Part shown: in pieces, positions 1 to 13,356 of the stretch
Layout: each line of letters opens with the position of its first letter
Numbering within the stretch: position 1 is the first letter of the stretch
Source of the DNA: Heteronotia binoei
Lineage: Eukaryota
DNA length: 64,000 nucleotides
Assembly (NCBI RefSeq): GCF_032191835.1
Contig: NC_083228.1
Location: forward strand, 78,430,001-78,494,000
Direction of reading: 5' to 3'
Translations under genes and position numbers: made by a program
The notes under the pieces: generated by a model
The model's database searches: none
What the model saw: only the letters and a program-made list of their open reading frames with translations
What the model was told of the DNA's origin: nothing

Positions 1-217
1 GCATAGACATGAACACAGACAATCATTTATGGTCATCTACTTCACATACAATATCTGTTTCCTACATAAACTACAATATTACACTGATCTATTTATTACA
101 GTTGTCAGTCAGAACTTAGTTGATTGCATAGGATTTGTTCTTCATTGTTTCATATCTAACATTTCATTATTACGAACATGTATTGCCTGACTCAGTTTCT
201 TACTCATTCTCCACTTT

Positions 218-538
218 AGAAGAAGAAGATATTGGATTTATATCCCGCCCTCCACTTCGAAGAGTCTCAGAGCGGCTCACAATCTCCTTTACCTTCTTCC
301 CCCACAACAGACACCCTGTGAGGTGGGTGGGGCTGGAGAGGGCTCTCGCAGCAGCTGCCCTTTCAAGGACAACCTCTGCCACAGCTATGGCTGACCCAAG
401 GCCATGCTAGCAGGTGCAAGTGGAGGAGCTATGGCTGACCCAAGGCCATACTAGCAGGTGCAAGTGGGAGGAGTGGGGAATCAAACCCGGTTCTCGCAGA
501 GAAGAATCCGCACACTTAACCACTACACCAAACTGGCT
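218..538 (-). mobile_element. tRNA-head SINE (squamate CORE/Squam-like family) with internal 44-bp tandem duplication
   Basis: Minus strand starts AGCCAGTTTGGTGTAGTGGTTAAG (A box), B-box-like GGTTTGATTCCCC, tail TATAAATCCAATATCTTCTTCTTC; same family as 18393-18990. Confidence 0.85.
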
Positions 539-2269
539 TTAACTTTTTAGTCCTAATTTTGAGCTATATAGTCAAAAAGTACATTCCATTTTTCTTGAAA
601 CTTTGAATTCAATCTATTTTGTCAATAAGTTGTTAGTTTTTGGCATTGTCACAAACTCAGTTAGTTTGTTCTTCCATTCCATCAATTTTTGGCATTTTTT
701 TGTCTTCCATTTAGACACAAAGGTCACTCTTGCTGCTGTTACCATGTGTTTAAATAGTTCATTATGTGTTCTTGTAATAGTGTTTAATATATTTTTCCTA
801 ATAAATGTTTTATGTTTTCTATAATTAGTTGTCTGTAGGCTGTTTTCTCTCTTAAGGAACCGCTTTTGGAGATGTGTGTATGTGTGTGCTAGCTCATATC
901 AACACATGGGAAGCATTGCACAAGTTTGCAAATACCAGATTAGTGTGAGGTGGAGTGTGAGGTGATGTATAAACTCAGTATGAAGCTGCTGTGGCAGTAG
1001 GACTCATTTCCTCTGTTTGGCTACTGATCAATAAGAGGCTTCCATGGAAACAAGTCAAATTCTGTTGAAACATAACCACATTCATAGCATGTTCTGCATA
1101 CTTCCTTAGTGCATGTGTGCTAAAAATGTGTAAAAGATTTTCAATGCTTTTGTGAGGGTTTTTTCCTCTCTTTTAAATGGTATAAGGAATGCTTTCTTGT
1201 CTTTAAAGGCTTACAAGTTTATGTCAATAAAAATAATTTCTACATAAAGTTTTGAATTTGTTTAAACCACATATGGGGCTGGATGGATTGGAGATGAATG
1301 TTTCATGGGCACAAAGACTACCCATACAGTTCAGTTTTACTGCTTCCTTCCTCCTGCAGCAACCCAAAGCCCCTCAATAACAGGAGGGGAGCACCTGGGG
1401 TGAGATAGGAACATAACTCTCTATGTGTGGAATCGGGATGTCCTTGCACATGCAGAATCTTTAGTCCAGACTGATCCAAGCCTTTTTTTTGGTCCTAATC
1501 AAATATTTCAATTGAAATATGTTATGCTATTGGGATATAACATGCAGTTTATTTAAATTTTCAATTACCAAATAAAAATAAATATGCAAAATCAGATAAT
1601 GCTTTATTTAGGACATTAGAATTTTTTCTGGAACATTTTCCAATTTAGATTTTTCTGGGAAACCCACATCACTGGGAAAATACAAGTGAAATGTAGAACA
1701 AAGAAAGATAAGTTGACCCATAGTTAGGCCTTCCAGAGGCACCAAAATGCCCTAAATTCTTTGTGTAACTCAATGCCAGGTGTCTACACTGTCCTTGTGC
1801 AGTATGTTAAGCATATCAGTGTAAGTACACGTGTGTGTGTGCGTGCACAGATGTCTTTGGAATACACTGTGTCAACAGGTTAATACATGTTTTGTAATCC
1901 CTTCACCCTGTTTTGTTTCTTGTATGTTGCATACTCCTTGCCCCCAACAATTCCGCAACAAAAACAGATGAGCTGTTGTTGCTCACATCGTGGTTGTATG
2001 GAACATGGTACAAGAGATGGGCTTTCTCTCATCAGGTACCAGACTTGTGAAGCCTAGAGAACTATCCAGCTTGGCAGATACATTATACTTGACACAGTGT
2101 ATTGCAAAGCCTTGGAAGCTGCATCAATAAATAGCAGCCAGCTTAACACTTTGCTACCTGTGTTAGATGGCTTGGTAGTGAGTCTGATGGCTGCTTAGAG
2201 GGCTTAACCCCTTCCCTGCTTCATGGTCATAGATTCACAGCACAATCCGAGGGGGCTGAAAGTGCTCTG

Positions 2270-4060
2270 GGAGTGGACATGCCACTACGTGTGCACCAGG
2301 AGCATTTGCGCCAGCGTACGACTGGCGCCGCCACAGTGGAGGGGAGTTACGTGGGCGGGGGTCTGCTCCGCCCAAGAGCAGCGGTGCCTGAAGGCTGCGC
2401 CCGAGCGTGGGTGGAAGTGAGGCGGAGCGTGATGCTCAGGCAGAGGAGGGGGTGGAGTTGGGGGCGCGGCCAGGCTTAGGCAGCTTCCTGAGCAGTTTGG
2501 GCCATGTCACGCCCCCCCGAGAGGCGCAGCGTGTCCCATAGGCACTCGTTGAACCAAAAACAAAGGTTGCCTCCACCACGGCGGAAGCTTGCAAACTCCT
2601 TAGGGAGCGGCGTGATTGCCTCACCAATCCCCTCGCGCCTCGGCCTGGCAAGCCCCCTCCCCAGCGCCCAATCACGGTTCCCCCCCTCCTAGAAATTCTT
2701 CCGCTCTGCCTTGCACAACTCAGTTGTTAGGAAGAGAAGCACATGGCGGGAAGTTCTTCCAGCGAGCTCCCTGCCATACTGACTTAGAGCAAGGGACAGG
2801 CAGGCATGTTGGTGACGGGTTTTGCAGTGCGCCGTAGCTTTGACAGTATCTTTGACTTGCGGGGGGGAAGAGTGAGGTCTCTCCCCTGGGGCTAACTGCT
2901 CTTGTTTTCAGGTCTCCACAGCTTCCAGGCTCGCGGAGGCTCTGTATGAGAGCGAAGACTGTTGCCCATGGCTGGGTAAGTTTCACTGTGCACCCCCACT
3001 ATCCTCCCCCTCCCCTCGCTCTTGGCTGCTTGGTATGCGAGCGTCCCTGGCACTTGAACCAGGCAGTTGGCTCCGGCAGGGGGCATTTGCTGAGCCTGCT
3101 CTCCTGTGCTGCTGCCTGCCCCCTTCCCTTGGTCTGCCTTCTGCTGCATTTCCAACCCTTGGAAGGGCACGGGGTGGTGGTGGTGTGTGGCAGCTGCCCC
3201 GATGCGGGAAGGTGGGTCAAAGACTGTTGTCCCTCCTGATTGGCATCTGCTGCACATTCCCAAGGCAACCCCCCCCCCCGTCAGTGGCCTCTGTAAGGGA
3301 ATGCCTAGGAGGGTGGGCAGACTTGGGTCTTGGGGGGGGCAGTCTATGAGTTGCCACGCTGTCCCCTGCGTGGCTGGACAGGGGAGGGGGGGTTCTGCCC
3401 CTCAGCCTGCCCGGGTTGACGGCCTACCCAACCGCACAGGGATGTTGTGCGCAGGGCCGTAAGGGGGTGGGCTGCTGAAGTGGATCATGCCCATCAGCTC
3501 GCACTCTTAATTCTGTGGCCCCCAGGGGAAGTGTTGCTTGCACATAGCAGGGGGCGACAGCAGGACAACACCGGGGGGGGTCTCCGGGTGGTGGTGGTGG
3601 TGTCTTTTGGACTTGTTCTGTCCGCTCCCAGACACACATTCCAGCTGCTGTCTAGGACAGCGAACTCCTGCACTTGGGACTTCCTGCTTGTCCGTGCATG
3701 CCTCTGCCCGCCTGCCTGCCATTGGCAGAATCTCTGACAGTGGGAGGGAGTGGGGGGACTGACGGCCTCTCAGGCGCGGGCTTTCCGCCCCCTCATCCAG
3801 TCACGTGCAACAGGCTGGCCAATCCCATGGTCCCGCATGAGCCTGTGCCTCCCCCACCTTGGCAGCAGGCCAATAGCGTGCACCTGGGTGGAATCACCAT
3901 GGCAACAGGTTCTCTCTCACTCGTCGGGCCACTCTTCCCCCTCCAAGCGTGGTGTGCCATCTCCCCTTCGGGAGCCGACTGTGGCCATAGATGCTAGTTC
4001 TGCACTCGAGCGCAGCTACATGGCGGTTCTCTGGATTGGGCTGCCAGAGGCTCAGCTTAG
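2270..4060. promoter_or_regulatory. GC/CpG-rich island with promoter-like motifs inside UBTD1 intron 1, origin unknown
   Basis: Abrupt GC/CpG rise between AT-rich flanks; CCAAT boxes (~2625, ~2668, ~3819, ~3870), GC boxes, CACGTG ~3802, X-box-like CCATGGCAAC ~3897. Confidence 0.45.
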
Positions 4061-4639
4061 ATAAACTGTTGCTAACTCATCTTGTGCTGTCTGGGGAAAT
4101 CAATTTCAATCAATCCTATATTGTACCTAGTAAATTTTTAATCAGTCTCAGGTTAATAAGGGCAGCATTTCAGTATATAATGGTAGTAGTATATAAACTT
4201 TCTCATTTGCCTTGGTGTTGTAATATAACTTGATTGCGCAGCAGTCTTATAAACAACCCCATGTTTTGTTGTTGTTGATGCCACAATGCAGGTGTGGAAC
4301 AATTTTTTAAAAGCTGGTTGAGTACAAGTATTTCTCCATTAACATCTTTTATTTATAATTCAGATTTAAAAATTGTAAATTCTTCTGTCTAGACAAAATA
4401 TATCTGCTTTATTGTTATTATAAGTGATGTTCTTTGAAAGAAAAATAAAATGCAGAATAATATTTGTTTATAAAACTATAGAAATGTGTAAATTCAAACC
4501 TCAGGGAATTTGAAATTCAACTGACAAATTCTGAAGAATTAATAATGAGATCAAAAGAGACACAAGGTCTTTTATCAAAATGTTACTAGCTTCTGTTGGA
4601 AAATGCCATCTTCTGCAAAACTGAATTTTAAACTGAGAA

Positions 4640-4960
4640 GGGGGAAATGACTATCATAACAATTAATGAAACTGAGTTAGAAAATATATTTACTTAAAGA
4701 CCAGCTAATGCAAGTTATCACTATAAAATTTTATTTTATGGTATATGACTCCTATATTAAATGTATGGAAGTAGCTCTAACAAATGTTGGAAATGTGAAC
4801 AAGCCTCACTAAATTGTGTATGTTGTGATAGTGGCCTGCTATTCAAGATTATTAGAGAAAATTACAGCACAGATTTTAAAAAATGGTCAAGCTACCAGTG
4901 GATTTTAAAGTTAATCTCTTGGGACGTTAACAATTGTAGTGTTTTCCATACAGGGAGGAG
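4640..4960 (+). mobile_element. Old L1 ORF2 C-terminal fragment
   Basis: YKILF..YMTP..SNKCWKCEQ resembles the L1 C-terminal cysteine-rich region (compare RCWKCKKH at ~46840). Confidence 0.5.
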
Positions 4961-6793
4961 CATATGTGGTTCTGATTGGCTGGTGTGGCTGCAGATAAGT
5001 GAAGTGGCAACAGGGCTTTCACATGGCAGGTTTCCCTAACTTGGTTCTCCAGCTGTGGTCATCCCCACCAGGCCACTGGTGCTTTGCACTGAAAATAATT
5101 AGCATTAGAATATAATTATATTGACATATTATTGAAACAATAGGAATATCAGGTTTTGTGAAGCCCCAGTTTTCATGAAAAAAGTTAGTATTTCACCTTA
5201 TATCTCCACAAGGGGTGGTGCTAGAGACTTACTTTTTAAAACCAAAGCTGAGAATTCAGAGAACCTGTTACACATGTTGTTACAAAAGAAGATCAATATA
5301 AACGCCTCCTGGTGACAGGGAACAGGGTTGCTATATCTAGTTTGGGAAATTCCTGGAGATTTGGGGTAGAGACTAAGGAAGGTGGGATTTCCTTGTTTTT
5401 GACCTACAGCTGAACATCTGCTTCATGAGAAATTATGCTGAAAGAACTTCCTCTTGAGTGGTTCTATGTTGGCCAAGGTGGGTTTCCTACAACTCACAGT
5501 CGACCCAATGGCTCTTAAACTTCTCCGAGCCAAACAAGAGCAGAGTCTAATCCTGATTTCATAAGACATTTCTATTAGGGTCAAGATGGTTGTCATGTAA
5601 TTGAGGAGAATTTGTCTGTTGCTTTAAGAGCTCAGTGGTAGTAAGTGAGTAGGCAGCAGAGGAAGCATATCCTGAGTGCAAGGATCTAGGAGCAAGAGGT
5701 ATTCCTGTGTACTCTCTCACTGCCTCCATGTTGTCCAAGTGATGGGCAGAGTATCAGAGTTCATCCCTGACAACCATATGCATTGTCCTTAAGTGGTGGC
5801 TGAATAGCGCATGGATGGACACAGGTGTATTGATGCTGGGTTATAGAATAGTGGGCTGGCCTCTGAAAGCAGTAGTTGTATAAAGTCCATTCCTGAAAGT
5901 CTGCCTGTCTTCCCTGAAGTCAAATGAATGGTATTTTCTGTCTATCACGATGCCCACCGCACTACTGATCCAGTTTTTCTAAAGCTAATTTAGCTGAGAA
6001 GCTTAACATAGCTGGGGTTAGGAAGAAGGCAGGACAGTCTTCCCCAGGGCCCATTTGGGCCTGCGGCCCTCTATGTTCAGCTGGTGAACAGAAGTTTCTC
6101 TTGTTTCCACATTAGAAGAAGCTCCAAGAAGGGTGTTTTCATTTGTGGGTTTCAGTAGCTCCTGCTGGACCTCGCCTACCATTGTCTCTTATCTGTCAGT
6201 TAAAGATGCCACATAACTGATTTGTACTGACCTGATAATTAGGAGTTCAGTGTTTGTTGTAGTCCAGAGTTCATGCTAAGCAATAGGAGGTTTTTAAAGG
6301 GGAACATTTTAAAATTACCCGATAAATGAAAAAGTAATAGCTCCTCTTTAAACCATGTACATACGGCAGTCCTATTGCCAGGCCTGTCTCCAAGCATCTC
6401 TTTACCTTTGCTGATAAAGTTCCTGTAACCAAAGGGCTATTAGTCTAAATGACAAGTTCCCTTTACCAGCCAGGAAAGGCATAAAAAATGAGGAATATGT
6501 TGGCCTCCACAACATGCTTACATGTTGGGAGACTGAGGATGGGCATTGTTAGGCTTTTGCCTTTTCAGTATTGTGCTTTCTTTCTGCAAACATGCCTTGC
6601 CGTAGCCTTTTCTCTCTTCCTGACCACCCGTAATTAGACTTAAACCTGCAGCACAAGCTCCTTATACAGCTGGCTTGAAACTAAATCTCCTTGCAGAGCC
6701 AGCCAAGGCAGGGTCAACTCAGGAAGCTGGTCCTCTTCTGCCTCTTTCCTAGGGGACAACTGACAGAGCAATATATCTGGGAATAAGTGTGCC

Positions 6794-6982
6794 CAGGGTT
6801 TTTTTTTAGCAGAAACGCACAGGAAAGCAGTTCAGGCTAGCTTGATGTCAGGGGATGTGGCCTAATATGCAAATTAATTCCTGCTGTAGAAAAAGCCCTG
6901 TGCAAAACAATAGTGATGTTGGAAGAGTGGCCTAATATGCAAACGAGTTCTTGCTGGACTTTTTCTACAAAAAAACATCCTG
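6794..6982. mobile_element. hAT-type MITE
   Basis: CAGGG...CCTG ends; 8-bp TSD AGTGTGCC/AGTGTACC (7/8); internal repeat TGGCCTAATATGCAAA shared with 11253-11391. Confidence 0.75.
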
Positions 6983-8120
6983 AGTGTACCCACCGGGAGG
7001 GCCCTGTTTTCCACTGAATCTGCAGAAGATTTTCCTGGTGAATGAAGGGGCAAAAGGATGTATTAGGGAAGCAAGGGTTAGGGTTGCATGAGGATCTGCA
7101 AAGCTACATGTAACCTGAACCTGTTTCTGAATTCAACGTCCTGGGAAATTCTCAGTTTTGACTTAAAAATATTACATTTCTAGCTCTTAGGACTGCAAAC
7201 AAAAGCTTGAACATGCGCACAGCAGTGAAGAACTTCTTAGAAGCCTGAAGGGACTGTTTGGGACTTCCATGTGGTAATGGAAGAAAGCTTTGGGGTCTCC
7301 AGTATGACTTATTTCTTCCTTGCATGTACCATTACTGCAAATCTCCCTACCCTTTCCTCAAACCTTTAGCTAATAAAATTAAATTACGTTAAAATTTGCA
7401 TCTTGGAAGCAGTATAAAGTATACAAAATAGGCAAATATGTGCATAATTTCCATAATTCTGATCATTGAATTTAAACTCCGGTGTAGAATATTGTTTGTA
7501 TGTGTTCTGCCCACCTTTCAGCTACTAAGTATCTAGACAGAAGCATTTTTATTGATTTTTCTGAAACAATTAGTGTCTGCGATCTCTTGTCCAGGATTTG
7601 GTGACCCCCCCCCCTAAAAATACACTTCCTGGTAACCTAATGATGATTCAGATTTGTGGGTTTTTGATGGGCAGGAGTCAGCAGAGATTAAAGATGCATT
7701 CAAGCAGCCCTCTACTAAAATGTGAGCACATGCTTACTGCATTTCAAACGTACAGGCTTAACGAAGCATTACACCTTCACATTTCTATCAGTGAGACTGA
7801 AGTGTGAGTTACCTTTCTGCTGGACTGCAGTAGACTCTGGTATGGATGAATTCAGAACATTGTCAGTTCCTATACAAAAGGACTCAAATCTGCTAGGCTG
7901 AACTGGTATTTGCCTTTTTTTAGTGGGTTTCCTTGCAGGAGTTGCTGTCTTACTGTCCATTTTATACCTGAACTCTGCCACACCAACTCCTCTTGCAAGC
8001 CCTCTGCAGTTTCCCTTTGTGTGAGTATGTGTGGATCAGGAAGGAAATCACATTGTGTTGGTGGGAATCCACACTGTTCATCACAATAAAAACCTGTGAT
8101 AGAGAAGTGGGGTCAATCTG

Positions 8121-8353
8121 AGAGCCAGTTCATGTGTAGTGGTTAGTGTGTTAGACTAGGATCTGGGAGTTCCAGGTTCAAATCTTCACTTGGCCATGGA
8201 AGCTTGCTAGGTGATCTTGGGCCAGTCACTCTCTCTCAGTCTAACCTACCCCACAGGGCTGTTGTGAGGATAAAGCGGAGGAGAAGAGAACAATGGAGGC
8301 CACTTTGGGTCCACATTGGGGATAAAGGTGGGGTATAAATGATGTAAATAAAT
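8121..8353 (+). mobile_element. tRNA-head CORE-type SINE (Squam3-like)
   Basis: A/B boxes (TAGTGGTTAG, GGTTCAAATC), CORE-like CTTGGGCCAGTCAC..CCTACCCCACAGGG, tail GGGGTATAAATG..TAAATAAAT. Confidence 0.85.
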
Positions 8354-10002
8354 TAACAATGTCCTGAGGTGGGGCAGTGGCCAGTGCTCAGAGCCTCTGG
8401 CGTGTCCCAGTGCTACCACCTCTGCCCTTGCTTGCCCATACATCACACATGCAGTGCCCAGCACTGTTGGGGGAGGATCATATATGGTTGGAAATGTAGA
8501 CAGTGTGAGGGCATATGGGGGGGGGGGGAATGCATGGGCAGATGATGAGGAAGTCATATGGGTGAATGGGAAGGGGCGTGAGTAGGATGCGCAGTAGCAA
8601 AGAAGGGGCCCCTTGACACTCTGTCCATGCCCCCCTAAAATCTGGAACTGGCTCTGTGCTGATTAATCTAACACAGTGGAAGTAGAGGAATCGCATAACC
8701 TGGCTGCTCCCCTTGACTCCACATAGCTTAGTGATCTCGTGAACATTTAAGTAGTATTTGCTTGGAACACCACTGGGAATGGTGTAGCCCTAAGAGGGTC
8801 ATGGACCATGGCACTTCATGCTGCTCCCTGATGCTTGACATCAGGCTAATGATTCTCCATCCTGTGGCTAGAGTGCAGTCAGTTCCCCCACCATAGTGTG
8901 ATTTTTTTTTTGCTTGTTCGGAAGGCTTGAAGACTGTAAGAAACCTTTGAGCCTGTACGGCTACTGACTCTGTTTCCTTACATATGATGCAGGGCATTTG
9001 GTCTCTCCAACCATCCTCAGTAAGCTGCAGCCAATCAATGTCTTCCTGCCATCTCCAGTACACTAGAGATTATGGTTCGTTAATTGCTTTCATCCTGGCA
9101 GTATTTCCACTGACTGCAGCTAGTGGAGATGGGGGTGGGTCAGATCAAAATAACTAATTCCTGCATGTGCCCTCCCCTCCTGCTCCTCTTTCCAAGCCAC
9201 ATTTGGCTATTCTCTGCATAACATAGCTAGGAAGCTGAAGATGCTGAGAGGTTCCGGGCAAGCAGAGGGTATCTGAGGGCTCTGTGTGAACTGGGAATAA
9301 ATGGTACTGAATGCCCCTGGGCTTGTCTGATTTTTGGTGTCTATTTCCTGCTGCTCCTTAGGGTCAGCTATCTGAGTGATGTGTATGGGCAAGCACTTCC
9401 AAGAGTGATAAGCTGCACTGTGCTTGGGCATTTGATTCATGGGACCACTTGTCACAAATGTGTATTTAGAGTCTTAAGAAGAGATTTTAAAATTCCTAGC
9501 CTTTGACCTAGATTGTTCCTTAGATCATCATGCAGAATATTCTGGGATCTCCACCTCACTGAATCTCAAGGCTTCTTGTTTGAAGACCAGCTCTTCTTGA
9601 CCAGTAGTCCTCTGAACAATCACAGCAGCTGTGTAAGCACAGCTGCCTTTGTGGGAGAGGGGAAGCCTGAGAAGACTCCAGATGGCATGACTGCTCCTTA
9701 ATGATCCCTCCTCCTCCATGGTAGCCATGAGCATCAACTGCCCTGCAAGAGAGGATAAGGCGAGGGAAGGAGTCAGACTGGCAGGCTAAGGAAGCACCAT
9801 CACACGGTTGTCCTTGGGTCAACTGCTCAGATCTCTCCTGGACTACAGCAGCCAGGGATGTTCTGTTTCTGTTTGGTTGAGTTCAGCATTTTAAAATACT
9901 AGTTTTCAACCTGATTCCCCCCTCCATCTCATGGGTCTTTTTGTTTTATGTTTTGCATTTTTACAGTGTTAGGCTTTAGAATGGAATTATGCTTTGTTTA
10001 GA

Positions 10003-10221
10003 CATTTATACCCTGGTTTTCTCCTCAGTGGAGGCCTGAAGTGCCCTTACAGCATCATGCTCCTCTCCTCCATTTTATCTTCACAACAACACCCCAGTGA
10101 GGTAGGTTAGGCTGAGAAAGAGGGACCAGTTCAAGGTCACCTAGTGAGCTTCCATGGCAGAGTGGGGATTCGAATCCAGGTCTCCCAGATCCTAAATCCA
10201 ACACTCTAACCACTATACCAC
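10003..10221 (-). mobile_element. tRNA-head CORE-type SINE (same family as 8121)
   Basis: Reverse complement matches 8121-8353 along its length; B box GGTTCGAATCCC-like. Confidence 0.85.
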
Positions 10222-11252
10222 TTTATGAATGTCAGTGAGCCAGTTTGATCAAAAAGTGGGATCTGGATATAAATCTGAAAATAAAACAGTAATAAAAAAA
10301 ATACCAAGCAATGACTAGTTTGGAGGCTTTACAGAGCCTGTCTGCATATCCAGCATTATAATGTGACGGGTTTCAAAATGTCCTTTTTGCTATGTATTCA
10401 CTTCTTTGCTTTGGAGCCCAGAACATTCCTAACCATTTCAGACATCCCCCATTAATTATGCTCATAATTTTGGCTCTGTTTGCCATATCATTATACGTGG
10501 TAGCAGGTGGCAACCCCTGTATTAGTGTTCTGAGTAACAGTTACATCCTGAGTCTCAGATGTGTGTGTTAATGACTAGAACTAGATCTAAGAATGTTTCT
10601 GGACATGCCAGTCTCAAAAACAGCAAACCACGCCAGCCACAAACAAATGTCAATGTTTCTACATCCTTGAGGGGCTCCTCAGATGTTCAGAGAATATGAG
10701 GTCATTAAATAACAAATTATCTAAAAGAAAACGGGGTTCTCAGAAACCAGTCCTGATAGGGACTAAGGAGGCCCCCAGCTTGTTTTATTTAAAATGGGAT
10801 TCACTTTTTATATAACCGCATCACTGAAATTGGTTCATGTTTGGTTTGCTATTCTGCATCCCCCAGACCCTTCTGTGCAATGCTGCATTCTACGTAATAG
10901 ATTTATACATTACTTGTCTTTTTTTGTTTGGGGAAGCAGCTGTTGCATTTCATTCTTGTTAAGTTCTGAGTACAGGTTTTCAGTTTATTGAGAATTTGGT
11001 ATATGTTCAACCTTTCCTTGCTGTGTGTTTCTTTTTCCTCCCAGTTATATACTTGAGTAATTGTGATCCACACTCTGTGTTGCTTCATTAAGGGGGAATT
11101 ACTGTGTCCTTGAAAGAGTTTTTCACTCTTTTGTGTAGCTTTTTGATTTGTATTGGTTGTTCCTGAGCTAGCTTGTGGTGTACGGTTGTCGAATGACATA
11201 ATTTCATAGACAAACCTGGAAAGATTTAAATGACAGAAATAAAAGATAAGAC

Positions 11253-11391
11253 CAGGGGTGGGATTTTAGCAGGAGCTCCTTTGCATATTAGGCCACACAC
11301 CCCTGTTGCCTTGTAAGCTCTTGGAGGATTGGCTATATTAGGGATGTGTGGTCTAATATGCAAAGGAGCTCCTGCTAGGATTCCACCCCTG
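11253..11391. mobile_element. hAT foldback MITE, 139 bp
   Basis: ~50-bp TIRs starting CAGGGGTGG; perfect 8-bp TSD GATAAGAC at 11245-11252 and 11392-11399. Confidence 0.9.
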
Positions 11392-12129
11392 GATAAGACT
11401 GAGAATGCAACATTTTTACTGAGGAAAGAGGTAAGGAAATCAACATCTTCAGAGCTGGAAACTGAGGAGGGTCATAGTGAAAAATGTTAAAAGCATTATT
11501 ATGAAAATTGGGAAGAGTAGAGAAACAAGATACCTCCAAACTGTAGAAGATCAGACAATGGAACCAGTTGATTTAAAATGCTACAGGACTTCTTTGTATG
11601 AGATGTTTACAAAGAAGTGTTGAGTAAGTGTCTGTCAGAGACTATTTTGATCTAGAAAACCCTGTCTTTGGCAAAACAGTAGGAGTGAAAGAGCTACTCA
11701 GGAATCAGTGGCATGATTAGAAGAGAGCCCAGCTGAACTGACTTCAATCTTCATGCTTCCGCCTCTCCTTGTGTCTTTGCCTTCCAGGAACTCAGCCTCC
11801 CCCAGTTTTGCAAATTGTTGCCACCCATCAGGATGCAGCCCCATGGCTTATTCCCTGGCTAATTCTTTGAGCTATAAATACTGTCCAGGATGGAAAACTC
11901 TCTTAAGACTCTGGGCAGAGAGCCGGGTGTGTGTGTGAGGAGGTAGAAGAAAGCTGTGGTTATTGGCTATGTGCAGCTCATTGCAGGGGGAGTGGAAGTA
12001 CCACTTGCCAGAGCTAGGCTGTGAAGAGATGGGACAGTAGCCCCTGTAAACACAAAAGAAGTTGGGTCCAGCAGGTGAAGAGAGTTCTGTCTTTGGGGCT
12101 TCATTTGAAATCTCTCTCTACCATTGCAG

Positions 12130-12357
12130 GTCGCAATGAACCTCTAAAGAAGGAGCGCCCCAAGTGGAAGAGTGATTACCCTATGACGGACGGGCAGTTA
12201 CGAAGCAAGCGGGATGAGTTCTGGGATACAGCGCCGGCCTTCGAGGGTCGAAAAGAGATCTGGGATGCACTCAAAGCTGCCGCCTATGCTGTGGAGGCGA
12301 ATGATCATGGCTTAGCACAGGCCATTATTGATGGTGCTGGTGTTACCTTGCCCCACG
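12130..12357 (+). CDS. UBTD1: Ubiquitin domain-containing protein 1, exon 2 (228 bp, phase 1-1)
   Basis: [51 protein letters not shown]...LPHG; ttgcag|GT and CACG|gtatg sites; exon 1 not in window. Confidence 0.97.
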
Positions 12358-13356
12358 GTATGTTGGGTGAAACAGGGTTGAGTCTTTCTGCCCCCATCTC
12401 TAGTGCCGAGCAGACACAGTGTCTTATACTGTGGATTTGTCATGACTACACCTTTCTCCTGTACTACAGTTACCAAACAATACACCTACAAAAATGCAAT
12501 GTGTGTGTGCAACAAATGTATATTTACGAAAGATTATAAAGCCATGCCTTTCCACCATGGTGCAGAATGCATGTAATGGACTTAGGTTTTGTACATATGG
12601 AACTTTCATTGGGCTTTGTACCTATGGAACAAAGACCACAGTCCAGTGGGAACCTGGCAGACAAAAATAGGTTCATATCTTCTTGTTATTTTCAAGAAGA
12701 AAACTGAGAACGGCAAGCTTTGTCCCATCCCTGCTAGCGAACCCTCCAAGCACAAGTTGAGCAGAGCTTGGACAAGATTGTTCCACCTCTTTCCATTGCT
12801 CTTCTGAATTCAACTGCAGGATAACATGACTTTGTGGAGTTCCCAGGAACTTGAGGGTGGCATTTCATAGTTACGGAGAACTTTCTTCTCTCGTCTTAGG
12901 AAGTCTAGGCATGATTACACTAATCTCATTGCTAAGAGGAGACAGTTTGAACTGGAGACTGGACAGTCTTATATCCATTTGTTCAAAGAGATTGGGTTCA
13001 GATGATTCAAAGAGAACAGGGAGAATCATGCAGTTGGGGTAATTGGGTACTGCCCCTAAATTAGTGTGCATCCTAAGGCTGGGGACAGGAAGTGGTCTAA
13101 GACTGCATAATAAAATTGGGGAATATCAGAACTAGAGAGAGAACTGGAAGGAATTTAGGACATAGGAGTACATGAACAGATGCAAAGGCATCAAGAAAGA
13201 GATTTTGGTTTGAAGGAAAAAATTGAAAGTCTCTATTTCATAGGCTTTGGAGACTTCAGTATAGAAATCCAGGAGTGTCTTAAATTGGCCTGCGGAAAGG
13301 CATACTTTTATCCCAAGCTTCTCATGCCCTCTGCTGGTTTCTTCATTCTCCTGCAG

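Noticed and set aside
3674-4064. DIRS/Ngaro-like words (VHLGG, PLQAW, RGVP..TVAIDAS, WIG)
   Set aside because: Short, in incompatible frames of the same bases, not in expected domain order; cannot support a tyrosine-recombinase element without a search.
12021-12539. 172-aa single-exon ORF with GTG start
   Set aside because: UBTD1 exon 2 plus in-frame intron read-through; clear splice sites delimit the true exon.
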